Shown here piece by piece: positions 11,677 through 20,458 of a stretch of DNA of 64,000 nt. Numbering within the stretch: the first letter of the stretch is position 1; each line of letters starts with the position of its first letter. Both the position numbers and the translations under genes were made by a program. The stretch is from Escherichia phage UGJNEcP3. The notes beneath the pieces are model-generated. The model was given only the letters and a program-made list of their open reading frames with translations, did no database searches and was not told the origin of the DNA. The stretch lies in sequence record OV876907; one strand, written 5' to 3'.

Positions 11677-12456
11677 ATGGCAGTAGTAGGAATTCCTGGT
11701 TGGATTGGGACTTCGGCCGTCGCTGAAACCGGGCAAAGATGGATGTCGGCCGCTTCGAGGGAACTTCGTTTAGGAAACCCTTCATGGATGTCCCAATTCG
11801 CCGGCCGCTCAAGAGAAATTATTCACACACTTGGAGCAGACCATAACTTTAACGGTCAATGGTTTCGTGACCGTTGTTTTGAAGCCGGTGGTGCTCCTAT
11901 AGTGTTTAATATCACAGGCAACTTAGTATCATATACTAAAGATGTTCCGTTGTTCTTTATGTACGGTGATACCCCTAACGAATATGTTACTTTGAATATT
12001 CATGGTGGCGTTCATATGTGGGGCCGAGGTGGTAATGGTAGCGTAAATGGAAGCCCAGGCACTAATGGTGGCGACGTAATCCAAAATGATATTGGCGGAA
12101 GACTTCGCATTTGGAATTATGGTGTAATAGCCTCCGGTGGTGGTGGAGGTGGTGCAGTATCATTACAGAATAGTTGGCCTGCAAATTCTACCGCAGGTGG
12201 TGGAGGCGGTCGACCATTTGGTCTCGGCGGTGGTGGCGTTAATTGGCCTGGCGGCAATGCTAGTTATGACGGCCCAGGTGGTGGTGGTAATACAAGTCAA
12301 TTTGGCGGTGGTAATGGAGGTGATGCAGGTGGCGCTGGTGGCGACGGATGGGGCAATCACTTATCTAGATCTGGGGGTGGTGCTCCTGGTAGAGCAGTAT
12401 TCGGTTCCTCCCCATCATGGGGTTCTACAGGCACTATCTACGGCTCTTGGTTATAA
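11677..12456 (+). CDS. 38: T2-type glycine-rich receptor-binding adhesin gp38
   Basis: 259 aa; N-terminus [24 protein letters not shown] and polyglycine blocks as in T2/T6-type gp38 (memory). Confidence 0.85.
   Translation: MAVVGIPGWIGTSAVAETGQRWMSAASRELRLGNPSWMSQFAGRSREIIHTLGADHNFNGQWFRDRCFEAGGAPIVFNITGNLVSYTKDVPLFFMYGDTPNEYVTLNIHGGVHMWGRGGNGSVNGSPGTNGGDVIQNDIGGRLRIWNYGVIASGGGGGGAVSLQNSWPANSTAGGGGGRPFGLGGGGVNWPGGNASYDGPGGGGNTSQFGGGNGGDAGGAGGDGWGNHLSRSGGGAPGRAVFGSSPSWGSTGTIYGSWL
12127..12360 (+). repeat. GGT-rich polyglycine-coding low-complexity region inside gene 38
   Basis: runs of GGTGGTGG encoding GGGG(G) blocks separating short variable segments. Confidence 0.8.
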
Positions 12457-12472
12457 TACGAAAGTATTAAAT

Positions 12473-12480
12473 TATAAATA
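12473..12480 (+). promoter_or_regulatory. T4-type late promoter TATAAATA upstream of holin gene t
   Basis: exact TATAAATA ~20 bp upstream of t ATG. Confidence 0.7.
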
Positions 12481-12498
12481 TCTTTAAAGGAGAAAAGT

Positions 12499-13152
12499 AT
12501 GGAACCAAAAGTAGGATTTTCATTATCAGACCTACTTTTTGGACTTCTTGATAGAATTTTTAAAGATACTTCTTCCGGGAAAGTAGTTTTTTCCCGGGTC
12601 CTAGTCGTAATATTATTGTTCTTTATGGCATTAATTTGGTATAAAGGCGAGCATATTCTAAACTTTTACAAAGAGACAACTTATGCCTCTTATACTGAAA
12701 TGATTAGACAAGACCAGGACAATAGATTTAAAATTGCGGCTATCGAGCAGCTCCGAATAGTGCATTCTTCTTCAGGCGCAGACTTCACAGCAATATATTC
12801 TTTTAGACCAACCAACATGAATTATTTTGTGGACATGGTGGCTTATGAGGGTAAATTACCGGAAACGGTAGACGCAAAAAATACGGGAGGATTTCCGATT
12901 GACAAAACGTCAGTAGAGTATATGGCGGGAGTTAACGGGAACTATTTTGAATCAAGTACAGAAACTGTGTTCCTTCCTACAAAGAAGAAAACCCAATTCA
13001 CGTATATGTTCTCATGCCCGTTTTTTAATTTGGATAACATCTATGCCGGCTCGATATCATTATATTGGTATGATATCAAACCGGATTTAGGATTTCCTAG
13101 ACTTTCGTCTATGTGTGGTCAGGCCGGGAGGACATTAGGTCGAACTCGTTAA
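12499..13152 (+). CDS. t: holin T
   Basis: 217 aa; SxSDLLFGLLDRxFKD, one TM segment, C-terminal YAGxIxxYWY as in T4 holin (memory). Confidence 0.9.
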   Translation: MEPKVGFSLSDLLFGLLDRIFKDTSSGKVVFSRVLVVILLFFMALIWYKGEHILNFYKETTYASYTEMIRQDQDNRFKIAAIEQLRIVHSSSGADFTAIYSFRPTNMNYFVDMVAYEGKLPETVDAKNTGGFPIDKTSVEYMAGVNGNYFESSTETVFLPTKKKTQFTYMFSCPFFNLDNIYAGSISLYWYDIKPDLGFPRLSSMCGQAGRTLGRTR

Positions 13153-13424
13153 AAATTGGAGGTATACATCATTAGATAACGGTGTATATCTTCATACCCT
13201 TCATTAAATTGCTCAATAAGAGTATCACGTTCGTCTTCAGTTAAAGACTTAAAGAGTTTATTAAAAGATAAGCCGTTAAGTTCCTTTCCATGTTCATTAC
13301 GAATACCTAACTCATTCAAAAAGGCAATAAACTCATCACGACGTTGCATGATGTCTTCACAATCTGTTTTAATCAAAATAGAAACAATAGTAGCAATTTC
13401 GGAAACGATTTCAATTTTAGTCAT
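13149..13424 (-). CDS. asiA: anti-sigma70 factor AsiA
   Basis: 91 aa; ...IVSILIK...FIAFLNE...DEFNEGxExxxRYLxMYT matches T4 AsiA (memory); convergent with t. Confidence 0.9.
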   Translation of the reverse strand: MTKIEIVSEIATIVSILIKTDCEDIMQRRDEFIAFLNELGIRNEHGKELNGLSFNKLFKSLTEDERDTLIEQFNEGYEDIHRYLMMYTSNF

Positions 13425-13465
13425 AATATTCTCTTCAATTCAGTACGTCATTATCTGATAGGGCT

Positions 13466-13494
13466 ATATTAACATATCCTTAGGGATTGTAAAC
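13466..13494 (-). promoter_or_regulatory. early promoter for asiA
   Basis: GTTTAC(13489-13494), 17 bp, TAATAT, then AGCCCTATCAGA transcribed box. Confidence 0.55.
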
Positions 13495-13638
13495 ATGTTC
13501 TTCATTCATTTTAACATATTCCTGATACATTTCTTCGATAGGTTCCTGGAACTTAAAATCAGCTCCTAGGAATTCCTCAAAGCACTCCTGCTCACGTGTA
13601 CGCATACCTGTTACGGTGTTCTCTAAGTTATGACTCAT
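13480..13638 (-). CDS. hypothetical small protein (52 aa)
   Basis: ATG 13636-13638 with AAGGGA-like SD; not in ORF track (<60 aa); ends in asiA promoter. Confidence 0.3.
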   Translation of the reverse strand: MSHNLENTVTGMRTREQECFEEFLGADFKFQEPIEEMYQEYVKMNEEHVYNP

Positions 13639-13727
13639 AGCCTTTTCCCTTATGTTTCTGCTTACGCTTGGACTCTTTAAAATTTTTCTTCTTGTCCTTA
13701 TGAACAGAAGCCTTATTGAAATCGTGC

Positions 13728-14009
13728 TTAGCTACCAGATTGTTCACGTAATTTCCTTAATTGATATTCAAGAGAGCTTATAATTTCTTTATTAGTCGCA
13801 ATATACATATCACGTAGGAATGGCTTCAACCCTTCCATATTTCCATGGATTGTCTTAGAACTAATATTCTTTATATATTCATGGTCTAATGCATCCCAAG
13901 CCGGCTGGTTGACATATGTTCCCCAGTTATCTTCTACCATAGCATTCAGACGTTTAATATGGTTGATATGGGCTTCGATTGCATCAATCTGGAGTTGTTT
14001 AAGATTCAT
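13728..14009 (-). CDS. hypothetical protein at the arn (anti-restriction) position
   Basis: 93 aa between asiA and motA where T4 has arn; not sequence-verified. Confidence 0.5.
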   Translation of the reverse strand: MNLKQLQIDAIEAHINHIKRLNAMVEDNWGTYVNQPAWDALDHEYIKNISSKTIHGNMEGLKPFLRDMYIATNKEIISSLEYQLRKLREQSGS

Positions 14010-14506
14010 TAGTAAAGGTCCTCAGAGTAAAGTTCTTTTTCACTACCACCGCGTTCAATACGAACTTGATTAGCATACGTTGCAATAATCATTGCTTCTT
14101 CACGAGTCCAATAATTTGAATATTGGTCAATAAAACCTTGGTCGTCACCACAAACATGGTCGGACACAAGTTTATCACTTACTTGGTCAAGCACTTCTGC
14201 CATATCTTTGGAATAATGACGTGCACCCGGAATAATAAGTGTTCCACCGTCTTTTAACTTAAAGCGATTGGCTGCACATACAATTCGACGTTGGTATTTT
14301 TCATTGTTATTCCAATGTGCAATCTGCCAACAGATTTCAGGAACCTCTTCTAAAACATCCTCTTCCGAATATTCAGTGTAATCACCGTAGGCTCGTAATT
14401 TAGCTGCAAGACTTTCAGGTGTCTCACGAGAAAGGGCTTTATCCAACAAGGCCATACGGTCTTTAAAGGATAATTCTTTACCTTTTAATGGATTCATTTG
14501 AACCAT
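14009..14506 (-). CDS. hypothetical protein (165 aa)
   Basis: compact early-strand ORF in arn-motA interval; no motif recognised. Confidence 0.6.
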   Translation of the reverse strand: MVQMNPLKGKELSFKDRMALLDKALSRETPESLAAKLRAYGDYTEYSEEDVLEEVPEICWQIAHWNNNEKYQRRIVCAANRFKLKDGGTLIIPGARHYSKDMAEVLDQVSDKLVSDHVCGDDQGFIDQYSNYWTREEAMIIATYANQVRIERGGSEKELYSEDLY

Positions 14507-14823
14507 CCTTTAACACGTTGCCATAAAGTTTTCTGTTGGGCTTTGTTAACACCTATTGAACGAATAACTGGTTGTGATTCCTGGTATTCTTTGTAGTCTG
14601 CTTTATAGACTTCATAAGCGGCAGGAACAAAAGTGCTGATTGCGGCCATGAAATTCTTGCGAATTCCCATAGAAGCTTCAGAACCACCACGGATGATTAG
14701 GTATTTACCCGCTTTAATCTTAACAATAGTGCCGAGATAAGCGCCGTGGTACCAAATATCCCAACCTTCTTGAGTAGGTTCTACACAACGACGAAGTTCA
14801 TTAACAATATTCAGCTTGTTCAT
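14494..14823 (-). CDS. hypothetical protein (109 aa)
   Basis: compact early-strand ORF overlapping its neighbour by 13 nt. Confidence 0.6.
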   Translation of the reverse strand: MNKLNIVNELRRCVEPTQEGWDIWYHGAYLGTIVKIKAGKYLIIRGGSEASMGIRKNFMAAISTFVPAAYEVYKADYKEYQESQPVIRSIGVNKAQQKTLWQRVKGWFK

Positions 14824-14837
14824 AATAATTTCCTCAG

Positions 14838-15473
14838 TCAGATAATTGCGTTGGTTACGGTTTTGATAACTTCAGATGATACGTTTTGGAAGTCGATATA
14901 AGTATTCTTACCACCAGTCTTAATCTTAACATCAAGATTCAAGGAAGTAAACACTTGTTTTTCTTTATCAGTCATATTATAACCGAAAATACGCATCATT
15001 CCATCACGACGGACTTCGATTTGACGAATACCATTGGTACGTTTAGCGAATCGAACTTCAAGGTTGCTACGGTTTTCAGCAATTTCACGAATCTCGATAC
15101 GGTCTTCTAATAAAGCTTTAACTTCATCAGCCAGTGTTACCATTTCAGGAGTAACACCACGTGAACTGCGCGTTTTACGTTTTTCCAACATCTCTGGAGC
15201 ATTTTCAGAAGCGAACAGGTCTGCAGCTTTTTGAACGAGGTCCATTGCTTCACCTGTAGCCACTAAACCATCACCGGATTTTTCGATGAATCCTTTCTTA
15301 ATCAATACACCGATGTTAGAGTTAACTACCGCAGCACTAAATTGCTCATTCAGGGCTTCACGGACTTCGCCTGAAGTGATGAAGTTATGCTTGATGATAT
15401 GTACTAAGATTGAAGCAGTTTTTTCATTCAGGGCGTCTTCAGAAGCTTTGATGATATAAGTAATTTTAGACAT
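14838..15473 (-). CDS. motA: middle-transcription activator MotA
   Basis: 211 aa; MSKxTYIIKAS..LNEKTA...SNIGVLIKKG...KSGDGL matches T4 MotA (memory). Confidence 0.9.
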   Translation of the reverse strand: MSKITYIIKASEDALNEKTASILVHIIKHNFITSGEVREALNEQFSAAVVNSNIGVLIKKGFIEKSGDGLVATGEAMDLVQKAADLFASENAPEMLEKRKTRSSRGVTPEMVTLADEVKALLEDRIEIREIAENRSNLEVRFAKRTNGIRQIEVRRDGMMRIFGYNMTDKEKQVFTSLNLDVKIKTGGKNTYIDFQNVSSEVIKTVTNAII

Positions 15474-15504
15474 TTTGTATCTCCGATAACCATTTATTTG
15501 ATAG

Positions 15505-15540
15505 GTCTATAGTATCATGTTTAAAGCAGATGTAAACACT
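15505..15540 (-). promoter_or_regulatory. early promoter for motA
   Basis: GTTTAC(15532-15537), 17 bp, caTGaTACTAT, then AGACCTATCAA box. Confidence 0.6.
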
Positions 15541-15554
15541 TTTTCACTAAACCC

Positions 15555-15576
15555 AAAAAAGGAACCCGAAGGTTCC
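15555..15576 (-). terminator. intrinsic terminator hairpin (UUCG loop + T-run)
   Basis: GGAACC-UUCG-GGUUCC then TTTTTT on minus strand, right after the micro-ORF stop. Confidence 0.6.
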
Positions 15577-15681
15577 TTACTTTTTAAAGTGAGCTGCTAT
15601 TAAACCTATAGCTAGGCCTGTGGCCAGGCCTAGGATAATAGCAAAGATACAGAGTAACAAGAACTCGACTCCAAGGCTCAT
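15577..15681 (-). CDS. 34-aa hydrophobic micro-protein coupled to gene 52
   Basis: ATG overlaps gene 52 stop (ATGA); MSLGVEFLLLCIFAIILGLATGLAIGLIAAHFKK is one TM helix. Confidence 0.45.
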   Translation of the reverse strand: MSLGVEFLLLCIFAIILGLATGLAIGLIAAHFKK

Positions 15682-17057
15682 AGAGACTCCAAATCTTTAA
15701 CATACTCAGTTACAACATCAGTGGTTTTCCAATATTGATGCTCTTCTTTCTTAGCCTTGGCTTCGAGGGCCAGTTTCTTGGCTTCGTCAGAAGTGATATG
15801 GAAAATGTTCATGGCCACTAGTTTATCGGCATATTCGCCATAGACTTTATTACCGGTCAATTCTTCGGTTAAAACCTTACGGGTCTTACCTTGGATAACC
15901 ACTACACCATCAATAACATCTTTGATAAATGTGGCTTTAGCCAATGCTAGTTTGAAAGCTTCTTCGGTTTCGATGATTTTACCATCAATACGTTTTTGTA
16001 CAAAGGTCTTACGGACCTCAACGAAATCACGAATCAGTTCAACTACATCTTCGTAAACCTTAAGTTTACCTTTTTCATTAATGACGGTCAGGTTTTGTGA
16101 ACGACGTTCGATTAACCCGAAGTCCTTCATGAGTTTTTCGTGTTTCTTATCTTCATCGGTAGGCAATTCATATTCTTTACGAATCTTAACCTTGAAGCCA
16201 AAACCGTTCTCGTCACAGTCATCATCATATGTGATGTACCCTTTGTCTTCCAGAGGGTCTAATACCTTAGCCACATATGTTTCACGGTCATATTTGTATG
16301 GGATTTCCGTGATATGCATTTGGGTTCGAGATGTGAACTTATACGTTCCACGAATCTCATAACTACCTGGTTCAATTTCAACAACTTCACCTCGGAATTC
16401 AGGATAAGCCACTTTAGGCTTGGTTACTCGTTTTTCCTGAAGAACTTGCAATACAGCTTTCTTAACAGAATCAAAACTATGAGGAAGAATATTAGTTGCA
16501 TAACCAGTTGCAATACCGGAAATACCATTAAGAAGAACAGTAGGAATAATAGGCAGATAAAAAGCCGGTGGCTTATGTTCGACATCCGCATGAACCGGAG
16601 CATATTCTGTGTCCTTATAAACTTTTGCAAAGTTACTTCCGATACGAGCAAAAATATAACGAGAGGCTGCAGCCTTTTGAACCAATCGAGAACCGAAGTT
16701 ACCTTGACCGTCTAACAATGGATAGTTGTTGTTCCATGTGTTAGCCATCAAAGCCCCTGCTTCCTGAGCAGAACCTTCACCATGGTGATATCCAAGGTCG
16801 GCTACGCCACCAGCAATAGAAGCTAGTTTGTGGAATTTTTCTTTATTACCACGAGCCATATCAAGACAACGAGCAACTACAAAACGTTGTACAGGTTTAA
16901 AGCCGTCAATCATATTTGGAATGGCTCGGTTTTCGACAGTATACATTGCATAAGCCAATGCTTCGTTGTCGATAATACTTTTTAAGTCACGACGAGTGAA
17001 AGAATCATCGTAAACATCTAAAGCCTGTTTAAAAAGGGTATCAATTACATCAGCCAT
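15678..17057 (-). CDS. 52: DNA topoisomerase II medium subunit gp52
   Basis: 459 aa; GyrA-type N-terminus (AMYTVENRAIPNMIDGFKPVQR), T4 gp52 size and position. Confidence 0.9.
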   Translation of the reverse strand: MADVIDTLFKQALDVYDDSFTRRDLKSIIDNEALAYAMYTVENRAIPNMIDGFKPVQRFVVARCLDMARGNKEKFHKLASIAGGVADLGYHHGEGSAQEAGALMANTWNNNYPLLDGQGNFGSRLVQKAAASRYIFARIGSNFAKVYKDTEYAPVHADVEHKPPAFYLPIIPTVLLNGISGIATGYATNILPHSFDSVKKAVLQVLQEKRVTKPKVAYPEFRGEVVEIEPGSYEIRGTYKFTSRTQMHITEIPYKYDRETYVAKVLDPLEDKGYITYDDDCDENGFGFKVKIRKEYELPTDEDKKHEKLMKDFGLIERRSQNLTVINEKGKLKVYEDVVELIRDFVEVRKTFVQKRIDGKIIETEEAFKLALAKATFIKDVIDGVVVIQGKTRKVLTEELTGNKVYGEYADKLVAMNIFHITSDEAKKLALEAKAKKEEHQYWKTTDVVTEYVKDLESL

Positions 17058-17061
17058 AATT

Positions 17062-17202
17062 TTACCATACTAGTGAATGAATAGCCATAATAACATCGGA
17101 AATAAAAAGCACAACTTGGATAAGTCCGAACATTACTCCATAATACAGTGCTACTAATAAAGCAGCAAGGGCTACTGAGTAGCCCAAGATTTTCTTAATC
17201 AT
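17062..17202 (-). CDS. 46-aa membrane micro-protein (52.1 position)
   Basis: ATG 17200-17202 overlapping ac-like stop; hydrophobic. Confidence 0.45.
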   Translation of the reverse strand: MIKKILGYSVALAALLVALYYGVMFGLIQVVLFISDVIMAIHSLVW

Positions 17203-17356
17203 TTTTAATCATCTTAAGTAAACCGACAGAAGTAGAAAGAACCCAGCCAATAAACAGAAAACTTAAGAATACCGGACCAGGGGCCCACACACCTAAAAAG
17301 AAGCAAACTGAACAGACTATAGCCATAATAAGTTCAATAAAAACTAGGATAACCAT
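17195..17356 (-). CDS. ac: Ac-like 53-aa membrane protein
   Basis: ATG 17354-17356 with GAGGA SD; two hydrophobic segments; position between stp and 52 as T4 ac. Confidence 0.5.
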   Translation of the reverse strand: MVILVFIELIMAIVCSVCFFLGVWAPGPVFLSFLFIGWVLSTSVGLLKMIKND

Positions 17357-17366
17357 ATTTTCCTCA

Positions 17367-17444
17367 TTAGCGTCCGAAGACGCCTTTAGTTTTAAGATTG
17401 TTACGATAGAACTGCATCACATGCTCGTTATGGAAATTACTCAT
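17367..17444 (-). CDS. stp: Stp peptide (25 aa)
   Basis: ATG overlaps ndd stop (TAATG); [25 protein letters not shown] matches T4 Stp as recalled. Confidence 0.75.
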
Positions 17445-17893
17445 TAGTATGCCTGCAGAATGAATTTAAAGTTATCAGCCAACATGCGGTTCATTTCTTC
17501 CAGTGTCTGGAGGTCGGAACTATGATTGCGGGTGAAAGCCATTGCAATTTGACCCTTACCAAAACCGGTGGTCAGAGGTTTCATCTTAGAAGCTGGTACA
17601 TAAAGAACTTCATACACAACACCGTTCACTGCCATGGTGCGAGCTGATTGAGAACGTTTCTTACGAATGTTAGCCACGATGCCATCAAGACCTTGGGCCG
17701 AACGTTGATTACCGACATAAAAACGAGCAGCTACGACACGAGAATCAGCTCCACCTTTAACAAAGAAGTAGAAGCCTGGCTGAGCAGAGATTTCTTTAGA
17801 AGGTTTACCATTTTGGTATTCACCGTTCTTAACATAAGCAACAGTAGTAGCACCAGCAGACAGAACGTTACGGCGAGTCATATAAGTATTCAT
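17444..17893 (-). CDS. ndd: nucleoid disruption protein Ndd
   Basis: 149 aa; ...[10 protein letters not shown]...[25 protein letters not shown]...[20 protein letters not shown] matches T4 Ndd (memory). Confidence 0.9.
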
Positions 17894-17942
17894 ATCAATT
17901 TCCTCAGTAGATTAATGTTTTGTTATCCGGTCAACGAGAACC

Positions 17943-17971
17943 ATTATAACATGATTCTCGAGGTTGTAAAC
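17943..17971 (-). promoter_or_regulatory. early promoter for ndd
   Basis: GTTTAC(17966-17971), 17 bp, caTGtTATAAT; inverted repeat CGAGAA/TTCTCG flanks -10. Confidence 0.55.
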
Positions 17972-18315
17972 TATTTTTGTAGCTGTTCTAAAATAAATCC
18001 GCTCGTATAAAAAGAAGCATTATAAACCTTGTTCAGCGGGTTCAAAGCCTGTCCGTAAGTATCACGTAGTTCTTTGATAACATTTTCATAGCTTACATAA
18101 TAACCACTATGATAATACGGGTCCATACTCATACGAAATTTAATAAACCGATAAAATCCTGTTTCTGGGTCTTGAACGAAAACGAAATCGGCACCCATCA
18201 TAATTTTTGAATCTACGCCAGGAATCATACTTTGATTGAATGCCACCGATGCATCCTGAAGGCTGAGTTGTTTAAAGAACATTACCTTAGCATTACCAAA
18301 AAAGATTTTAGACAT
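17971..18315 (-). CDS. hypothetical protein (114 aa from internal ATG)
   Basis: ATG 18313-18315 with AAGGAAA SD after upstream stop; track ORF extends to 18339. Confidence 0.6.
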   Translation of the reverse strand: MSKIFFGNAKVMFFKQLSLQDASVAFNQSMIPGVDSKIMMGADFVFVQDPETGFYRFIKFRMSMDPYYHSGYYVSYENVIKELRDTYGQALNPLNKVYNASFYTSGFILEQLQK

Positions 18316-18325
18316 GATAATTTCC

Positions 18326-18538
18326 TTATTCAGCGTCAACAGAAATAGCCATCAGTTCATCAACAGTAAGACACTGTACACTAGGTCCTACACAAAAGCG
18401 CTTAGTTGAATCATAAAGGTCCGTGGCATTAACAGGTTGTAATTCGGTCCCAACTTGCAAAGGAGAAATGCGAATCAGTTGTTGACCGTTATGTAATACA
18501 AAGCTCTCGCCGACTACCACATCTTTAAAAAGTTTCAT
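18326..18538 (-). CDS. hypothetical protein (70 aa)
   Basis: start moved to MKLFKD ATG with GAGG SD overlapping the micro-ORF stop. Confidence 0.55.
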   Translation of the reverse strand: MKLFKDVVVGESFVLHNGQQLIRISPLQVGTELQPVNATDLYDSTKRFCVGPSVQCLTVDELMAISVDAE

Positions 18539-18548
18539 AATATTTTCC

Positions 18549-18659
18549 TCAGAAGTTAAAGAATACACGTACATGGTCAATCATAAAAACGATTGGGAAA
18601 ATGCTCAATACCATTAACAACACAAACATGTTCCAAATTGCTTTAAGTAAGTTTTTCAT
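18549..18659 (-). CDS. 36-aa hydrophobic micro-protein
   Basis: ATG 18657-18659 with GGAG SD just after an early promoter; MKNLLKAIWNMFVLLMVLSIFPIVFMIDHVRVFFNF. Confidence 0.45.
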   Translation of the reverse strand: MKNLLKAIWNMFVLLMVLSIFPIVFMIDHVRVFFNF

Positions 18660-18679
18660 AATCATCTCCATTAGTTGAT

Positions 18680-18716
18680 AGGTCTATAGTATCATGATTA
18701 ATGGAGATGTATACCG
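18680..18716 (-). promoter_or_regulatory. early promoter (GTATAC -35 variant)
   Basis: GTATAC, 17 bp, caTGaTACTAT, AGACCTATCAACTAA box. Confidence 0.55.
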
Positions 18717-18804
18717 ATTTATGCCAATTTCCACAACAATAAACTAAAACATACGCAAATCACTGGGATACAGGCCATCCAAATAAGGCACCACGTTTTG
18801 CTAC

Positions 18805-19071
18805 TCAAAACACCACCTCTTTTATCTCAATCAATCCCCTGTACAATGCAGTGCGGAGGTCATAAAGAATATCTATGCCGTCAACATTATCCAGTTTTCC
18901 ATCAATAAGCTTTTCTAAATCTTCCTTTGATGCGATTAAAGGACGGAGAAATTTACATTCAGAAAGAGATAACTCTGTAGTAACATCATCACCTTCACCT
19001 GACGCGTCATACATAGCGGCAACAACCATGCCTGTAACTTTGTGTTTAGCGTAATATAATTTGATATCCAT
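18805..19071 (-). CDS. hypothetical protein (88 aa)
   Basis: start at MDIKLYY ATG with GAGGAG SD; track N-extension is translated promoter. Confidence 0.6.
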   Translation of the reverse strand: MDIKLYYAKHKVTGMVVAAMYDASGEGDDVTTELSLSECKFLRPLIASKEDLEKLIDGKLDNVDGIDILYDLRTALYRGLIEIKEVVF

Positions 19072-19127
19072 TTTGTTCTCCTCATTAGTTGATAGGAAGA
19101 TAGTAACACCATCCATGGCATTATAAC

Positions 19128-19355
19128 TTAAGCAATGGAATGTTTTGGATGCTGTTTAGCCCAACCTACTAAAAATTCCCAATACTTTTCGATAGAACCG
19201 TAAAGATTAATTACCGTAGGAGTGGTAACTTCAGTCCAATCTTTTTGAACATTACCTGTTTTAATATTGGTAAGCTTGTGAAACACTTTACCGTTCTCAA
19301 ATTTATATTCTTCGATTTTACGATTGATTGCTTTAACAGAAGTAATAGAAGTCAT
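19128..19355 (-). CDS. hypothetical protein (75 aa)
   Basis: start at MTSITSV ATG with GAGAGGAAA SD; track N-extension is translated promoter. Confidence 0.6.
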   Translation of the reverse strand: MTSITSVKAINRKIEEYKFENGKVFHKLTNIKTGNVQKDWTEVTTPTVINLYGSIEKYWEFLVGWAKQHPKHSIA

Positions 19356-19369
19356 AATATTTTCCTCTC

Positions 19370-19408
19370 GTGTAGTTGATAGGAAGATAGTAACACCATC
19401 CATGGCGT
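19370..19408 (-). promoter_or_regulatory. early promoter
   Basis: GTTTAC(19400-19405), 18 bp, gTGtTACTAT, CTTCCTATCAACTAC box. Confidence 0.55.
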
Positions 19409-19431
19409 ATGTAAACACTTATTTTAAAAAA

Positions 19432-20013
19432 TTATAAGGCGAGATACCAGCCGTTGTAATTGCTCTTACGGACTAGCTTTGTGATGGCTTCTCTGTCGCC
19501 AGAGAACTTAGGAGTGAACAGGACGTCGCCTGCCTCATTTACTGAAGTGTCGAATATAATTATACAGTCTGCAACTTTATGATTCAAGAGCGGTCCCAGG
19601 TTAATCCCTGTTCCATAAGGGAAGTCACCGGAGTATCCTGTAGTACAGGAAATCCACTTAGAATCTGATTGATGGGTCTTGACCTCTACACGTAGTCCAC
19701 AATACATAGGATGAGCTAAAACATCCCATGCATAGGTATAAGGGTCGTCATGGTCTTCCAGACCACTGTTAACATATCCTTTCAACCAATCAGCCACCAT
19801 ATACTCGGCATACGTTGCAATGACACACCGAGTCAATACTTCTTTCTTATCTTGGGACGGGTCTTGGCTTAAGGAATACAGTACGGTATCCTTAATCTTA
19901 ACCTTCATTTCGCCTGTTAAATCAGATGTCTTCAGGGTAAATGTCGGCATCGCTGCCAATCGGAGTAGTCCCGGGTTCGTCTTCACCATAAATGCCTCGA
20001 ATATGAAGTTCAC
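19432..20013 (-). CDS. hypothetical protein at the denB position (start uncertain)
   Basis: 193-aa ORF; upstream part overlaps next ORF so true start is probably an internal ATG (19950 or 19908); DenB identity unverified. Confidence 0.45.
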   Translation of the reverse strand: MNFIFEAFMVKTNPGLLRLAAMPTFTLKTSDLTGEMKVKIKDTVLYSLSQDPSQDKKEVLTRCVIATYAEYMVADWLKGYVNSGLEDHDDPYTYAWDVLAHPMYCGLRVEVKTHQSDSKWISCTTGYSGDFPYGTGINLGPLLNHKVADCIIIFDTSVNEAGDVLFTPKFSGDREAITKLVRKSNYNGWYLAL

Positions 20014-20230
20014 CGTAATAAATTCGGTCGTCGGGTTCTAAAGTATCAGAATCCGCTAAAGGAAACTCGCCTTCGACCACCTCATCGCATTCTAAAAAAG
20101 CGTAATGAACATCGCCAGGGTGTTTAACGAGCTTAGCACAATAAACAGTACCTGCTTTATGGAACCCGCGCAAATTAGAAATCTTGATATCACGTTCACC
20201 GACATTCAGGTAATTAATCATTTTACTCAC
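19922..20230 (-). CDS. hypothetical protein (102 aa)
   Basis: early-strand ORF, acidic C-terminus. Confidence 0.5.
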   Translation of the reverse strand: MSKMINYLNVGERDIKISNLRGFHKAGTVYCAKLVKHPGDVHYAFLECDEVVEGEFPLADSDTLEPDDRIYYGELHIRGIYGEDEPGTTPIGSDADIYPEDI

Positions 20231-20420
20231 CGAAATAAGAAATACGAACCTCTAAACAATGAGCATAAGCACCCATCGCGTCCAGTTGTGCAATCAGTAA
20301 CCCTTGTTGACGGATATCAAGAGTTTCAAAAACACTACCTTCAATAAAGGTTTCTAGTGCATTAATTTTAAGAACTAACTGGTCGTATTCTTCAACTACA
20401 CGCGCTTGAAAACCTAACAT
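20223..20420 (-). CDS. hypothetical protein (65 aa)
   Basis: GAGGAAA SD before ATG 20418-20420; UUCG hairpin at 20437-20452 upstream. Confidence 0.55.
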   Translation of the reverse strand: MLGFQARVVEEYDQLVLKINALETFIEGSVFETLDIRQQGLLIAQLDAMGAYAHCLEVRISYFGE

Positions 20421-20458
20421 AATTTCCTCTTAGGAGGCCGAAGCCTCCGTTTATTGAT

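Noticed and set aside
12127-12360. Possible CRISPR array or tandem DNA repeat in the GGT-rich region
   Set aside because: No regular repeat-spacer periodicity; it is coding low-complexity sequence within gene 38.
12137-12487. Alternate-frame ORFs over the gp38 polyglycine region (12137-12487 plus, 12163-12360 minus)
   Set aside because: Artefacts of the GGT-rich repeat, which is open in several frames; the gp38 frame is the one with SD, promoter context and homology.
18805-19418. Apparent shared N-terminal peptide MDGVTIFLST(N/T)EEN in ORFs 18805-19116 and 19128-19418
   Set aside because: The shared residues are a duplicated promoter/5'-leader element translated because the ORF track extended upstream; true starts are internal ATGs with SDs, so this is not a protein-level repeat.
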